From positions 2,528,001 through 2,592,000 of the forward strand of contig OY761611.1 in NCBI GenBank assembly GCA_963664875.1: DNA of 64,000 nucleotides. Direction: 5' to 3'. This DNA is from Candidatus Kapaibacterium sp. GTDB taxonomy: Bacteria > Bacteroidota > Ignavibacteria > Kapaibacteriales > UBA2268. Positions within the stretch are counted from its first letter, which is position 1. The number at the start of each line of letters is the position of its first letter. Under the pieces are notes generated by a model. It was not told where the DNA came from, made no database searches, and saw nothing but the letters and a program-made list of their open reading frames with translations. A program made the translations under genes and the position numbers. Below are positions 49,614 to 59,487 of the stretch, one piece after another.

Positions 49614-50639
49614 ATGGCTCTTTTTAGATTATTTTCCAACGACGTTGCTATAGATTTGGGCACTGCCAATACTTTGATTTGGATGAAAAGTAAGGGTATT
49701 GTGTTAAATGAACCAACTATCGTCGCATTTGACCGTACAAGCAAGCACATAATTGCTATCGGGCATGAAGCACAATCGATGGTCGGTAAAACCCACAAAG
49801 ATATTAAAATCATTAGACCGCTCAGAGACGGTGCTATTGCTGATTTTGAAATTACTGAAGGTATGCTTAGAGCATTTATTCGCAAAGTTTCTATGTCATG
49901 GCAACCTGCACGCAGAGTAGTTGTTTGTGTGCCTTCCGGATTGACTGAAGTAGAAAAACGTGCTGTGAGAGACAGCTGCGAGCATGCCGGTGCTAAAGAG
50001 GTACATTTGATTGCCGAACCTATGGCTTCTGCCATTGGCATCGGACTTAATGTGCATGAGCCTATCGGCAATATGATTGTTGATATCGGTGGTGGCACAA
50101 CTGAGATTGCAGTTATTGCACTTTCAGGTATAGTAAGTGATACTTCAATCCGTATCGCCGGCGATGAAATGACTAATTCTATCGGTCAGTATTTCAGAAG
50201 ACAGCACAATATTCTAATCGGTGACAGAACTGCTGAGATGATAAAATGTACGGTTGGTTCTGCTGTGCAGTTGGAAGAAGAAATCGAGATTGAAGTAAAA
50301 GGTCGTGACTTGGTTTCAGGTATTCCGAAAATGATACAGGTTAGCTCTGCCGACATTCGTGAAGCACTTGCAGAAGCCGTAAATGAGATAGTCGAAGGCG
50401 TGCTTAGACTTTTGGAAAAGACTCCGCCGGAGCTTTCTGCAGATATTTTTGATCGCGGCATCATGCTAAGTGGTGGAGGAGCACTCCTAAAAGGACTGGA
50501 CGAAAGATTGAGACGTGAAACCAGTTTGCCTGTGCACGTCGCAGAAGATCCTCTCACCGCAGTAGTAAGAGGTACAGGAATGGTGCTCGAAAACTTTTCA
50601 GAGTATTCTTCTGTTTTGATTAAGAGCAGTCGATACTAA
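49614..50639 (+). CDS. mreB: Rod shape-determining protein MreB
   Basis: IDLGTANT, IRPLRDG.IADF, VDIGGGTTE, GGGALL. Confidence 0.98.
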   Translation: MALFRLFSNDVAIDLGTANTLIWMKSKGIVLNEPTIVAFDRTSKHIIAIGHEAQSMVGKTHKDIKIIRPLRDGAIADFEITEGMLRAFIRKVSMSWQPARRVVVCVPSGLTEVEKRAVRDSCEHAGAKEVHLIAEPMASAIGIGLNVHEPIGNMIVDIGGGTTEIAVIALSGIVSDTSIRIAGDEMTNSIGQYFRRQHNILIGDRTAEMIKCTVGSAVQLEEEIEIEVKGRDLVSGIPKMIQVSSADIREALAEAVNEIVEGVLRLLEKTPPELSADIFDRGIMLSGGGALLKGLDERLRRETSLPVHVAEDPLTAVVRGTGMVLENFSEYSSVLIKSSRY

Positions 50640-50658
50640 TAAGAAGTAAAATTCTACT

Positions 50659-50699
50659 AAAAAAAGCCGCATCAATTGATTTTTTGATACGGCTTTTTT
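50659..50699. terminator. Bidirectional terminator
   Basis: AAAAAAGCCG..CGGCTTTTTT. Confidence 0.8.
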
Positions 50700-50717
50700 C
50701 GTTAGCAAGTTAGACTT

Positions 50718-53700
50718 TTATCTCACAATTATTATTTTCTCTGTCAGATATATCGTTGCAGATTGTAGTTTAATAAAATATACTCCGTCAGGGATATGTT
50801 CTGTAGTCACTTCTTGAGTGTACTGTCCGGCTTTGTATGCCCCTTCCAAAACAGTTAAAATATTCTTGCCGTTTATATCTATGATTTCCAACGTAATATT
50901 GGCATCATAGCCCAAAGAGAAATTGATTTCAAATTTTTCTTCGCTTATCGGGTTTGGCGAGACTTTTGGAGCCTCCAGATTGTTTGAATTCATTAGTATT
51001 TTGGAAATATCGCTCGCACAATAAGGTTGTAGCTCAATCATACCGGTAGCTGATTTAAACAGAACGCAGTCACTGTCTTCTGTTGTGATTTCCGCGTTGA
51101 TGTCCGCTTTATATGTATCGATTGTCGAAAGATAGGTATCAAACTCAATATCGATAAGATTTTCACCTTCATTTATTGTTCTGTCTGAAATACTTACTAT
51201 ATCGGCTTCAATGATTCCTAACTTGTTGTCAATCGTTAAGTTTTTCAAATCGAAATAACCGAGCAAAGATTTATTCAAACTTACAGCATCATCTGCAACA
51301 AATAAAAAATTAGATAAAAAGCTAAGTCGAATGTGAAGATTTTGGATGTTTAAGTCACTGATATCTTCGCCATTTAGTAGTTTTATTGTTTTTTTAGTTT
51401 TAGAACCTATTTCGACTTTTGTTCCAATAGGCTGCAGTGTTGTTTCTCTGCTTAAATTTATGGCAGAGCCTGTTATTTCTTTGGTCAGGATAGCCGAAGA
51501 GCCGTTTGTTGCTTCGATTTGTACAACAGCAGAGCTTAGAGACTCTCGAGAATTTGGTCTGTAATTGATTGGTATTGTATAGATGCTGCCCTTTGGTACT
51601 GTGAAGCTGCCGATAGATTCCGCAAAATAAAACTCAGGAGATGCATTTAAAAACATAGGAGGATCAAATGCAATGTCATTTGTTCCAAAATTAGATATAT
51701 GCAATTCTAATCTTGCTTCTGTCCCATAGCAAGTAGCGACCGGGTCGGAACTTACGGATAGCAATTCTTCGACTCCTGTTCCTTTGAACGTAATGACCAG
51801 CTCCTGATTCGCATCATTTAGAACTCTGAGAGAAGCTGAAGCCTCTGACGTAAATGCTCTGAAATATACATCGAACGATAATTTCTGTCCGGGTAATAGT
51901 TCTTGAGGTAAGCTCAAATTGCTGTTATCTAAAGCAAATCCCTTGCTACTGAAATTGTCCTTTCCTAAGCCAATGCTATTATTTATCGGCTCGAGATTTG
52001 TAATTACTGCTCTGTCGGCAAATTCCCAATCAGTTTGTGAAAGATTAGTTATGATAACCGTTGCTTTTCTAATATCAGCTGAATTATTAATTATGGCAAC
52101 GCCAAGGTTTACTATATCGGAGCTGCTTTTCAGTTGAGCAGAAACACCGGTTCCTGTTAATTTTGTTGAAGATTGGCTCAAAGTGCCGTCGCTAAGTTTA
52201 TATCTTAAATCTAAAGAATAATGTTTATTTTCTTTTGGCATAAACTTTACAGCCAGGAATAATTCCTCTCCCGGTTTAATCTGTTTGCATACCACAGATT
52301 TGTCAAATTTGAAAACGCCATCAGATGCGTCATTTTCAAGAATAACATCTGAAATTGTTATCGAAACATTGCCGTTGTTTTCTATTTTAATACCATTGTC
52401 TATTGTAGAATATTCAAAACCTTTTGTTTTTCTTCCAAACTCATAATTATCAGAAAGTATCCCGGGCATAAGACTTTTAGCTACGATATAGCAAATACTG
52501 TCTGCCGGAACAATTGTGTTGGAATAAAACACAACAGAGTCCTGATAATCTGCCATCTGAGTTGCATTGATTCTAATCCTATAATCAATATAAGACTTTT
52601 TGGGGATTGTGATAGGATCTGCAATAGTCGGCACTTTTGGTAGTTGTACAGTGATATCAGTAGATTCCGGCAACTTAGCACCGTGAATAATTAGTGGCAG
52701 ATTGCCTCTGTTGAATAATCTTACAAGTCTTTCCGTAGGTTTGTCAGCTGTAACGTCGCCAAGATCACAATCATTTGCATCTATTTCCTGATAACCAACC
52801 TCACCATCAGTCATCACTGCAAAAAAGCTTTTACAGGTATCTCTTACTCCTAATGAATCTGAGTATTTTCCGGGCTCTGTTGCAACAAACCTTACAGTAA
52901 GGTCTTTGGCAGATAAGCCGGGTAGAATGAAAGGAGCAGGACTATCTATGATATCAAATCCGTTGCTAATTTGCTTTAGCATCAAATCATCAATATGAGC
53001 ATCTGCAACAGATAGGTTTTTCATTCTGATGGTTTTTGTACTGGCTTCACCTGATTTGACTATCCCAAATTCTAATCTTTCGGGTTCGAATGCTATTATA
53101 ACAGGGTTATATTCGATTCTGACTATTGTATCATTTCCGGCTCTGTCGATAAACATAATTTTTGCTTTTGCTTTCAGATTTGGATTTTTTATCTGCAGCG
53201 ACCAGTTTATGGATAGAATATTACCTGAGTTGATAGCATCAGATTTTAAGATATAATTTTCAGTACTATCTGCAAAGAGTATAGGCGGGAATAAGCAGGA
53301 AGCAAACTCCATTTCGCTCGGCAAGTCAACAACTACGCCGTTTACATCTCCACTGCAGTCCATAGTCCACGAAGGAAGTGGAGGAATTTTGTCATTTGTA
53401 TCTTCCTCTTTGAACGCATATGAAGCACCTGCTGAGAATGATTCGTGTCTTGCAGCTCCTCTAATGTAAGCCATAAAAGGATTGCTCGCCTTTAGGTAGA
53501 AAGATTCACTCAAATTGATATCAGCATCAATGAGCTTAAATCTTGTGCCATCTGAGAGTGGGAAAAATAGATCAGTCTCATTAATTGTCATCAGATTACT
53601 CAAAGGTTCCCATACAAGCTCATCAGAAACCAGTCTTCCGATGAGGAGCTCATCAGTGGATTGATGTTCGCTGACTATTATTGATACTCTGTAGCTATCG

Positions 53701-54869
53701 TATGTATATTGCTTATAATTTTCAGGCATAGGAACTAAAATATGCTTTTGGAATTGCCGAATAGAAGAGAGGGAGACTAAACTCGGTCCACCTATTTTTT
53801 CAGGGAGTCCGTCTTCCTTTACTCCGGTGTTGTACATCGTAACAGCAATCGGCTTGTCAGCTCTGATATAAGCAGCACTTTTTTCTTCGCCGTCATGCAC
53901 CCTTGTTTCAATGAAAGCTTCATTTATTTTACCACCACCGCCATGAAGGGTTGTTACCCATTCGCCGTTGATATAAATGTTAGTATTTTCGTCTTTTGCA
54001 TAAATCCTTATCACAGGACTATATCTGCGTTCGCTGAAGTGCGGAACAAGATATTCGTTGCCCCAAGCCTCAAACGGTAGTTCCATATTGGCAAGGTAGT
54101 CCGAATTGCCTGTCTCCAATGGGATGTTTGTATTTTGGTTTCCACTAATGACAGCAATGGGTTTTGTAGCTTTAATGTAAGAACCGGATAGGTCTGAACG
54201 ATTGCTCAATGTGGGAACCATATAGACATCACCGGCATTAAGTAATGCTCTTAAAGTATCTCCACTTTTATTAAACCCGGCAACAAGAGTTTCATCATTC
54301 CCGCCGATAATCATTTCTATTCGAGTGTTATCGTAAGGAGCAACAATGCCTGCTATAGAAGACAAACTGCTTATCGAAGGATAAAATTCTGAAGCATCAT
54401 TATAAGAAGAAAGAATATATCCGGTGCCGAGAGTCTCTACAGGAAAAACAGTAAATGCATCAGAGGATTGATTATACCTAACAGATGCGATTATGGAAAT
54501 CGGTTTTTCTGCATTTATGCTAATTGCATATTCTTTGAATACTTTAGGGTCTATTTCAATATCAATAATGCCTTTGGAGTATGGTATTACCTGATTGGCA
54601 GGTAGCTCTATTACTTCAGTCTGGTTAGGCAGCAGCTGCCGACTAAAATGAATATTATTCGCTTCAAGATTGATATTCACCCAAGTACGGTAGGGTGAGC
54701 TTACATAAAGCAGTACCATGTTTTCGTAAGGGCTTGCACTTTCTATACAGGGGGGAACAGTAAAAACAAAGTTTTTACCCATATTGTTTATCCCAAAAAG
54801 TTCCTCATCTGCAGCATAAGAAAAAGAGAAACTCAAAGAAAGCATTAAAAAAAGTATATAATTTTTCAT
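50718..54869 (-). CDS. Large T9SS-secreted surface protein: IgGFc-binding-like N-terminal domain, several Ig-like repeats, CTD
   Basis: GKNFVF, KPISI, SSDAF..FP...LG..Y, DLSGS.I.A.KPIAVISG; FG.V...N repeats; VSPNP..IIDING..GVYFIKL..KIIIVR. Confidence 0.8.
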   Translation of the reverse strand: MKNYILFLMLSLSFSFSYAADEELFGINNMGKNFVFTVPPCIESASPYENMVLLYVSSPYRTWVNINLEANNIHFSRQLLPNQTEVIELPANQVIPYSKGIIDIEIDPKVFKEYAISINAEKPISIIASVRYNQSSDAFTVFPVETLGTGYILSSYNDASEFYPSISSLSSIAGIVAPYDNTRIEMIIGGNDETLVAGFNKSGDTLRALLNAGDVYMVPTLSNRSDLSGSYIKATKPIAVISGNQNTNIPLETGNSDYLANMELPFEAWGNEYLVPHFSERRYSPVIRIYAKDENTNIYINGEWVTTLHGGGGKINEAFIETRVHDGEEKSAAYIRADKPIAVTMYNTGVKEDGLPEKIGGPSLVSLSSIRQFQKHILVPMPENYKQYTYDSYRVSIIVSEHQSTDELLIGRLVSDELVWEPLSNLMTINETDLFFPLSDGTRFKLIDADINLSESFYLKASNPFMAYIRGAARHESFSAGASYAFKEEDTNDKIPPLPSWTMDCSGDVNGVVVDLPSEMEFASCLFPPILFADSTENYILKSDAINSGNILSINWSLQIKNPNLKAKAKIMFIDRAGNDTIVRIEYNPVIIAFEPERLEFGIVKSGEASTKTIRMKNLSVADAHIDDLMLKQISNGFDIIDSPAPFILPGLSAKDLTVRFVATEPGKYSDSLGVRDTCKSFFAVMTDGEVGYQEIDANDCDLGDVTADKPTERLVRLFNRGNLPLIIHGAKLPESTDITVQLPKVPTIADPITIPKKSYIDYRIRINATQMADYQDSVVFYSNTIVPADSICYIVAKSLMPGILSDNYEFGRKTKGFEYSTIDNGIKIENNGNVSITISDVILENDASDGVFKFDKSVVCKQIKPGEELFLAVKFMPKENKHYSLDLRYKLSDGTLSQSSTKLTGTGVSAQLKSSSDIVNLGVAIINNSADIRKATVIITNLSQTDWEFADRAVITNLEPINNSIGLGKDNFSSKGFALDNSNLSLPQELLPGQKLSFDVYFRAFTSEASASLRVLNDANQELVITFKGTGVEELLSVSSDPVATCYGTEARLELHISNFGTNDIAFDPPMFLNASPEFYFAESIGSFTVPKGSIYTIPINYRPNSRESLSSAVVQIEATNGSSAILTKEITGSAINLSRETTLQPIGTKVEIGSKTKKTIKLLNGEDISDLNIQNLHIRLSFLSNFLFVADDAVSLNKSLLGYFDLKNLTIDNKLGIIEADIVSISDRTINEGENLIDIEFDTYLSTIDTYKADINAEITTEDSDCVLFKSATGMIELQPYCASDISKILMNSNNLEAPKVSPNPISEEKFEINFSLGYDANITLEIIDINGKNILTVLEGAYKAGQYTQEVTTEHIPDGVYFIKLQSATIYLTEKIIIVR

Positions 54870-55139
54870 ACCATATCCGTATCTGTAGTTTAATACAATA
54901 AAGCAGATATTTTCTTGATTTCAAAAAGAAATTACTGCATATAATATAAGACACTTAAGTTGATATTTTGTCTCAAAATTTCTTTTTATTTCTTTCCGGG
55001 CAGGGAGGATGTGAGATTTTCTTTTAAATAGTGCAAACTCTGCAAATCCTGACCAATCATTCACAACGTAATAATATATTCCGTTTGTTTCGTGTATAAC
55101 TATAAGGACTGTCTTGATATATTTTAACGGAGGATAATC

Positions 55140-56045
55140 ATGAAACGGATTTTGACTCTCTTGACAGTAACTTTTGTTCTAACAATTGTTGCTTGTACCG
55201 AAAAAGAACCGGAGGCTAAAGTAAAGGTGCCTGAGCCGGTAGATGTGTTTCTTAATCATGTCTATGTTGTGGTAGATTCTGTAACTTATTCTGACATTGC
55301 TAATTCCAGGTTTATTATCAACGAATTTGCAGACTTTATTCAAACTACTTCCTCAACCGACGATAACGAAACATGGACAGGTACTTACCTGAGCGGTGAA
55401 AAGACCTATTTGGAAATACTTAATGCTGCACAAAGAGATAACAGTAATGCCAGCTTTTGCGGCTTAGGTTTTTGTACAGAGCAGGAAGGTGACATAGACA
55501 ATCTTAAATTACTTATGCAAGACAAAATCGACTGCAAGGTAGATGTGGTCCTTAGAAAAAGAAAAGCTGCAGACACTGTATTCCCATGGTTTAAGCAGAT
55601 TGTATGCGATAAGTACAGGCAAAACTATGTGATGGACTCATGGATAATCGAATACGACAAAGATTATTTAAAAAACATGATGCCCGATGCTTCTGATGAT
55701 TACCACGGAATAACAAGAAAGCATTACAACAAACGATATTTTGACGATTCCCGCTATCTTAAAGATGTAATCGGTGTAACTTTGGCACTCGACAAAAAAA
55801 ATTATGATGCACTTATCGATAAACTGAAAATATTTGGTTATTCTGTAGTACAGGATGGAGTTAAGGCACTTTGCAAAGGAGAGGGGATAGAATATGAGAT
55901 TGTTCCGGCTGCCTTAGGACAAATTGGAATACAAAAAGTAAAATTCTCTTTACTCCGCCCGAAAGAAGGCGAGAAGCTTTATACATTTGGAAGTGATTCG
56001 AAACTAATATTTTATGACGATTTAGTGGCTGAGTGGTTCTTCTAA
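55140..56045 (+). CDS. Lipoprotein, DUF5829-like (glyoxalase-like)
   Basis: Lipobox IVAC; LNHVYVVVDS.TY..I, WTGTYL.GEKTYLEI, PWF. Confidence 0.65.
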   Translation: MKRILTLLTVTFVLTIVACTEKEPEAKVKVPEPVDVFLNHVYVVVDSVTYSDIANSRFIINEFADFIQTTSSTDDNETWTGTYLSGEKTYLEILNAAQRDNSNASFCGLGFCTEQEGDIDNLKLLMQDKIDCKVDVVLRKRKAADTVFPWFKQIVCDKYRQNYVMDSWIIEYDKDYLKNMMPDASDDYHGITRKHYNKRYFDDSRYLKDVIGVTLALDKKNYDALIDKLKIFGYSVVQDGVKALCKGEGIEYEIVPAALGQIGIQKVKFSLLRPKEGEKLYTFGSDSKLIFYDDLVAEWFF

Positions 56046-56069
56046 TCATTCCATTATAGACATATCAGC

Positions 56070-56111
56070 AAAAACTGCACTTTTTCGAATGCGAGATTGT
56101 GCAGTTTTTTT
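56070..56111 (+). terminator. Intrinsic terminator
   Basis: AAAAACTGCAC..GTGCAGTTTTTTT. Confidence 0.7.
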
Positions 56112-56273
56112 AGAGTATTTAGAGAATACATTTTAACAGGTCTATGTTGGTAGCTAAATTGCTTTATACTTAAAACTTATTAAGCACAGGAAAAATTAGC
56201 ATTTTGCTTGGTATATTGCGTGTTCATCTGATTACATGATAGATATAATAAATAATACAACGTAGGTTATGAA

Positions 56274-57536
56274 ATGAGTGCAAAGTCGAACGTCAATGTT
56301 CGCTCCGAGATCGGTATCTTGGAAGGAGTTATCCTCCATTTCCCCGGTCAGGAAGTAAAGAATATGACTCCGGAAAATGCCGAAAGAGCGCTTTATAGTG
56401 ACATCCTTAATCTATCAGTCGCATCTAGAGAATACCGTCAGTTCAGCGACTGCCTAAAAAAAGTAACAAAAACATTCCAAGTAAGAGATTTACTGACTGA
56501 CATACTTACAAATTCTGAAGTAAAACACGAATTACTGTCAAAAATTGCGTTTAAAGAAAATGCAGCTGACGTTGTCGAAGAATTGTTCGAGCAAACTGCT
56601 GAAGACATTTCAAGACAACTGATAGAAGGCGTTATGATGAAAAAGGATACTCTGACAAGTTTTTTAGATCCTAACAGATATTCGCTTCGCCCTTTGCATA
56701 ATTTCTTCTTTACTCGCGATGCTTCAATGACAATAAGAGATAAGATTCTTGTTGGCAGAATGTCGAGTAATGTTCGCGAAAGAGAAGCAGATATAATGGA
56801 ATCAATTTTCAAGCATCATCCTGAATTTGGAGTAACAACTGTTAACCCGGAAAATGCTGATAAATTTGATCCGAAAATTGCGATAGAAGGCGGCGATGTG
56901 CTTGTTATCAAAGAAGATATTTTTCTGATAGGAACCGGCCCCCGCACTACTTCACAAGGAATTGATTTTATATTGGACGAGCTTAAAAAAATCGGTGAAA
57001 AGAGATATGTAATAGTGCAGGAGTTGCCACATCAGCCGGAATCTTTCATTCACCTTGATATGGCATTTACAATGCTCGACCGAGATAAATGTATGGTCTA
57101 TGAGCCACTGATATTGATGCCAAACAAATATCAAACAGTAATGATTGAAATCGACAACGGCAAAGTAGTCTCTATTCGCAATGTTGAAAATATTCTTGTT
57201 GCTTTAAAATCTCTGGGTATTGATCTTGAACCGCTTTACTGTGGTGGCAGAGGTGACCAATGGGTGCAGGAACGAGAGCAATGGCACAGCGGAGCAAACT
57301 TCTTTGCCATAGGTCCGGGACGCGTCATCGGTTATGAAAGAAATGACAAAACTATCGAAGAGCTAAATAAACACGGATTTGAAGTTTTACCGGGAGTAGA
57401 TGTCGCTCGTGGTATTATCAGTCCAGACGCTTATGACAAATACGTCATAGCTATTGACGGTTCCGAGCTTTCCAGAGGCGGCGGAGGCTGTAGGTGTATG
57501 ACTATGCCTGTCAGAAGGCAAGCCGTTAGCTGGTAA
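56274..57536 (+). CDS. arcA: Arginine deiminase
   Basis: V.SEIG.L, N.FFTRD, IEGGDV, FIHLD, SELSRGGGGCRCMTMP. Confidence 0.93.
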   Translation: MSAKSNVNVRSEIGILEGVILHFPGQEVKNMTPENAERALYSDILNLSVASREYRQFSDCLKKVTKTFQVRDLLTDILTNSEVKHELLSKIAFKENAADVVEELFEQTAEDISRQLIEGVMMKKDTLTSFLDPNRYSLRPLHNFFFTRDASMTIRDKILVGRMSSNVREREADIMESIFKHHPEFGVTTVNPENADKFDPKIAIEGGDVLVIKEDIFLIGTGPRTTSQGIDFILDELKKIGEKRYVIVQELPHQPESFIHLDMAFTMLDRDKCMVYEPLILMPNKYQTVMIEIDNGKVVSIRNVENILVALKSLGIDLEPLYCGGRGDQWVQEREQWHSGANFFAIGPGRVIGYERNDKTIEELNKHGFEVLPGVDVARGIISPDAYDKYVIAIDGSELSRGGGGCRCMTMPVRRQAVSW

Positions 57537-57567
57537 TTTAATATCGAATATGAAGATTATAATCCGT

Positions 57568-57598
57568 GCCTGTAGGAAATCTTCTACAGGCTTTTTTT
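57568..57598 (+). terminator. Intrinsic terminator after arcA
   Basis: GCCTGTAG..CTACAGGC followed by T7. Confidence 0.8.
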
Positions 57599-57920
57599 AT
57601 ACTTTCTCAAACTTGACAGGACTGTTTTGTGGAAGGCTTAAAAAAAATAGTTTACTCAAATAAAAAAATACTGATATAGAATAGTCTCTTAAATTAATGT
57701 ATAGCATGCAAAAAATCCTACTATCTTATATGTTCTTATAACACTTCTTAGCTTATTTTAGAACAGAATCAACATAAATAATAATTTAGCCGAAGCAAAT
57801 TATTGTCAAAATGCTCATCAACAACTGTAAATACCTTAAAATTCATATACTTACGTCAATAATAATACTTGCACATATTTAATATTTTGACAATATTATA
57901 ATGCGAGTTTTTTCAGGTGT

Positions 57921-58409
57921 ATGTCGGTCAAATATAGTACTTGGAGTTATATGCAATTCAAATCTAACATTGACAAGCTTTTCGGTCATGTAGAATATCT
58001 AATCTACGTTACTATTGCACTTATCATGACTGCAGCTGCGAGTCTTTTAATTTATGATGTAATAACTACATTGTTCCATTTCCCAACTGATAAGCATCTC
58101 TTTACCAAATGGATTGTCGAAGTCTTAGACAAAACACTACTTATTCTTATGATAATTGAGATTTTATATACTGTTCGGGTTTCATATAAAGAGCATACTC
58201 TTTCAGCTGAGCCATTTCTTACTGTTGGCTTGATTGCCGCCATAAGAAGGATATTAGTAATAAGCGTTGAGACAGCTTACTATGAAGAAAAGTTCGAACA
58301 TTTTATGATAGAGATTAGCATCATCGGTGTGCTAATACTAATCTTTGTTGTTTCTCACAGGATACTTACTAAAAACAAAGATAAAGACAAACTTAAACAT
58401 ACAGAATAG
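57921..58409 (+). CDS. PsiE-like four-TM membrane protein
   Basis: LLILMIIEILYTVR, H.L..EPFL.VGLIAAIRRILV. Confidence 0.8.
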   Translation: MSVKYSTWSYMQFKSNIDKLFGHVEYLIYVTIALIMTAAASLLIYDVITTLFHFPTDKHLFTKWIVEVLDKTLLILMIIEILYTVRVSYKEHTLSAEPFLTVGLIAAIRRILVISVETAYYEEKFEHFMIEISIIGVLILIFVVSHRILTKNKDKDKLKHTE

Positions 58410-58416
58410 GTGATTT

Positions 58417-59487
58417 ATGGACGTAACTACTCTTATCCCAAACCCGGAAACCATACCGGCTCCGGATTGGCTCTTTGAGCTTTTGGGAATTATTACTTTA
58501 ACTATTCATTTGCTTTTTGTGAATGTAGTTCTCGGTGGTAGCCTTGTGATGCTTATCAATAGATTTATGGGCATAGAAGGAGACTCATCTCTTCATTATC
58601 CGGGCATCAAAAAGATTCCTCCGACTATTGCTTTGGCAGTAAATTTCGGGGTTGCTCCTTTGCTTTTTGTGCAAGTGATTTATGGACATTTGATTTACAG
58701 TAGCTCTGTTTTGATGGGTGTGTATTGGCTAATGATAATTCCAGTGTTGATCATTGCCTACTATGCCGCATATATACATGCGCGGAAATATAGCAACGAC
58801 GCACTCTCGAAATTGGCACTGATAGTCAGCATTGCTATAATGCTATATATCGGTTATATCCTTACAAATAATATGACTCTAATGCTTCATCCTGAGCAAT
58901 GGAAGGAATATTTCTTAAATCCAAACGGCACTATCTTAAATAATGTTGACGCTACAGTTTTGCCGCGCTATCTTCATTTTGTAACTGCTTCCGTTGCCAT
59001 TGGTGGTTTGTTCTTCTCTATCGTTTGGAACTTTAAGAAAGAGGCAGTTGAAGAAACTCGTATAGCAAATATAGAAAAAGGTCTAACAATCTTTGGAATA
59101 TTTACAGGTGTGCAAATTGTTATTGGTTTGTGGTTCCTTATGGCACTTCCAAGAGAAGTTATGCTTGGCTTTATGGGAGGCAATCTACCTTCAACTATAG
59201 TGCTGATGATTGGTATTTTATCAGGAGTTGGTGCTCTCATTACAGCCTTTACCAAAAAGTTGATGCCAACTATTTCGATGACAGTAATTACGGTATTAGT
59301 TATGGTAATTAGCCGAGCAAATCTTAGAACACTGTACCTAAAAGATATTTTCGATACAGGCAGTTTAGAGCTTAGCCCACAATATGAAGTTATGGCACTT
59401 TTTCTAATAATATTTGTCATAGGTTTAGCACTTGTCTATTATATGATTAAACTTGCTACTACAGATAAAGTTGGGGAGGAAGTATAA
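58417..59487 (+). CDS. Polytopic membrane protein, divergent cytochrome bd subunit-I homolog (CydA'-like partner)
   Basis: T..IHLLFVN..LGG, NFGVAPLLFVQ, PRYLHF; about 9 TM; overlaps the start of the next gene. Confidence 0.65.
   Translation: MDVTTLIPNPETIPAPDWLFELLGIITLTIHLLFVNVVLGGSLVMLINRFMGIEGDSSLHYPGIKKIPPTIALAVNFGVAPLLFVQVIYGHLIYSSSVLMGVYWLMIIPVLIIAYYAAYIHARKYSNDALSKLALIVSIAIMLYIGYILTNNMTLMLHPEQWKEYFLNPNGTILNNVDATVLPRYLHFVTASVAIGGLFFSIVWNFKKEAVEETRIANIEKGLTIFGIFTGVQIVIGLWFLMALPREVMLGFMGGNLPSTIVLMIGILSGVGALITAFTKKLMPTISMTVITVLVMVISRANLRTLYLKDIFDTGSLELSPQYEVMALFLIIFVIGLALVYYMIKLATTDKVGEEV

Noticed and set aside
49583-50557. Long antisense ORFs over mreB (likewise over sucB, topA, nrfA, arcA and the kinases)
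   Set aside because: Typical antisense shadows of conserved genes with no recognisable motifs
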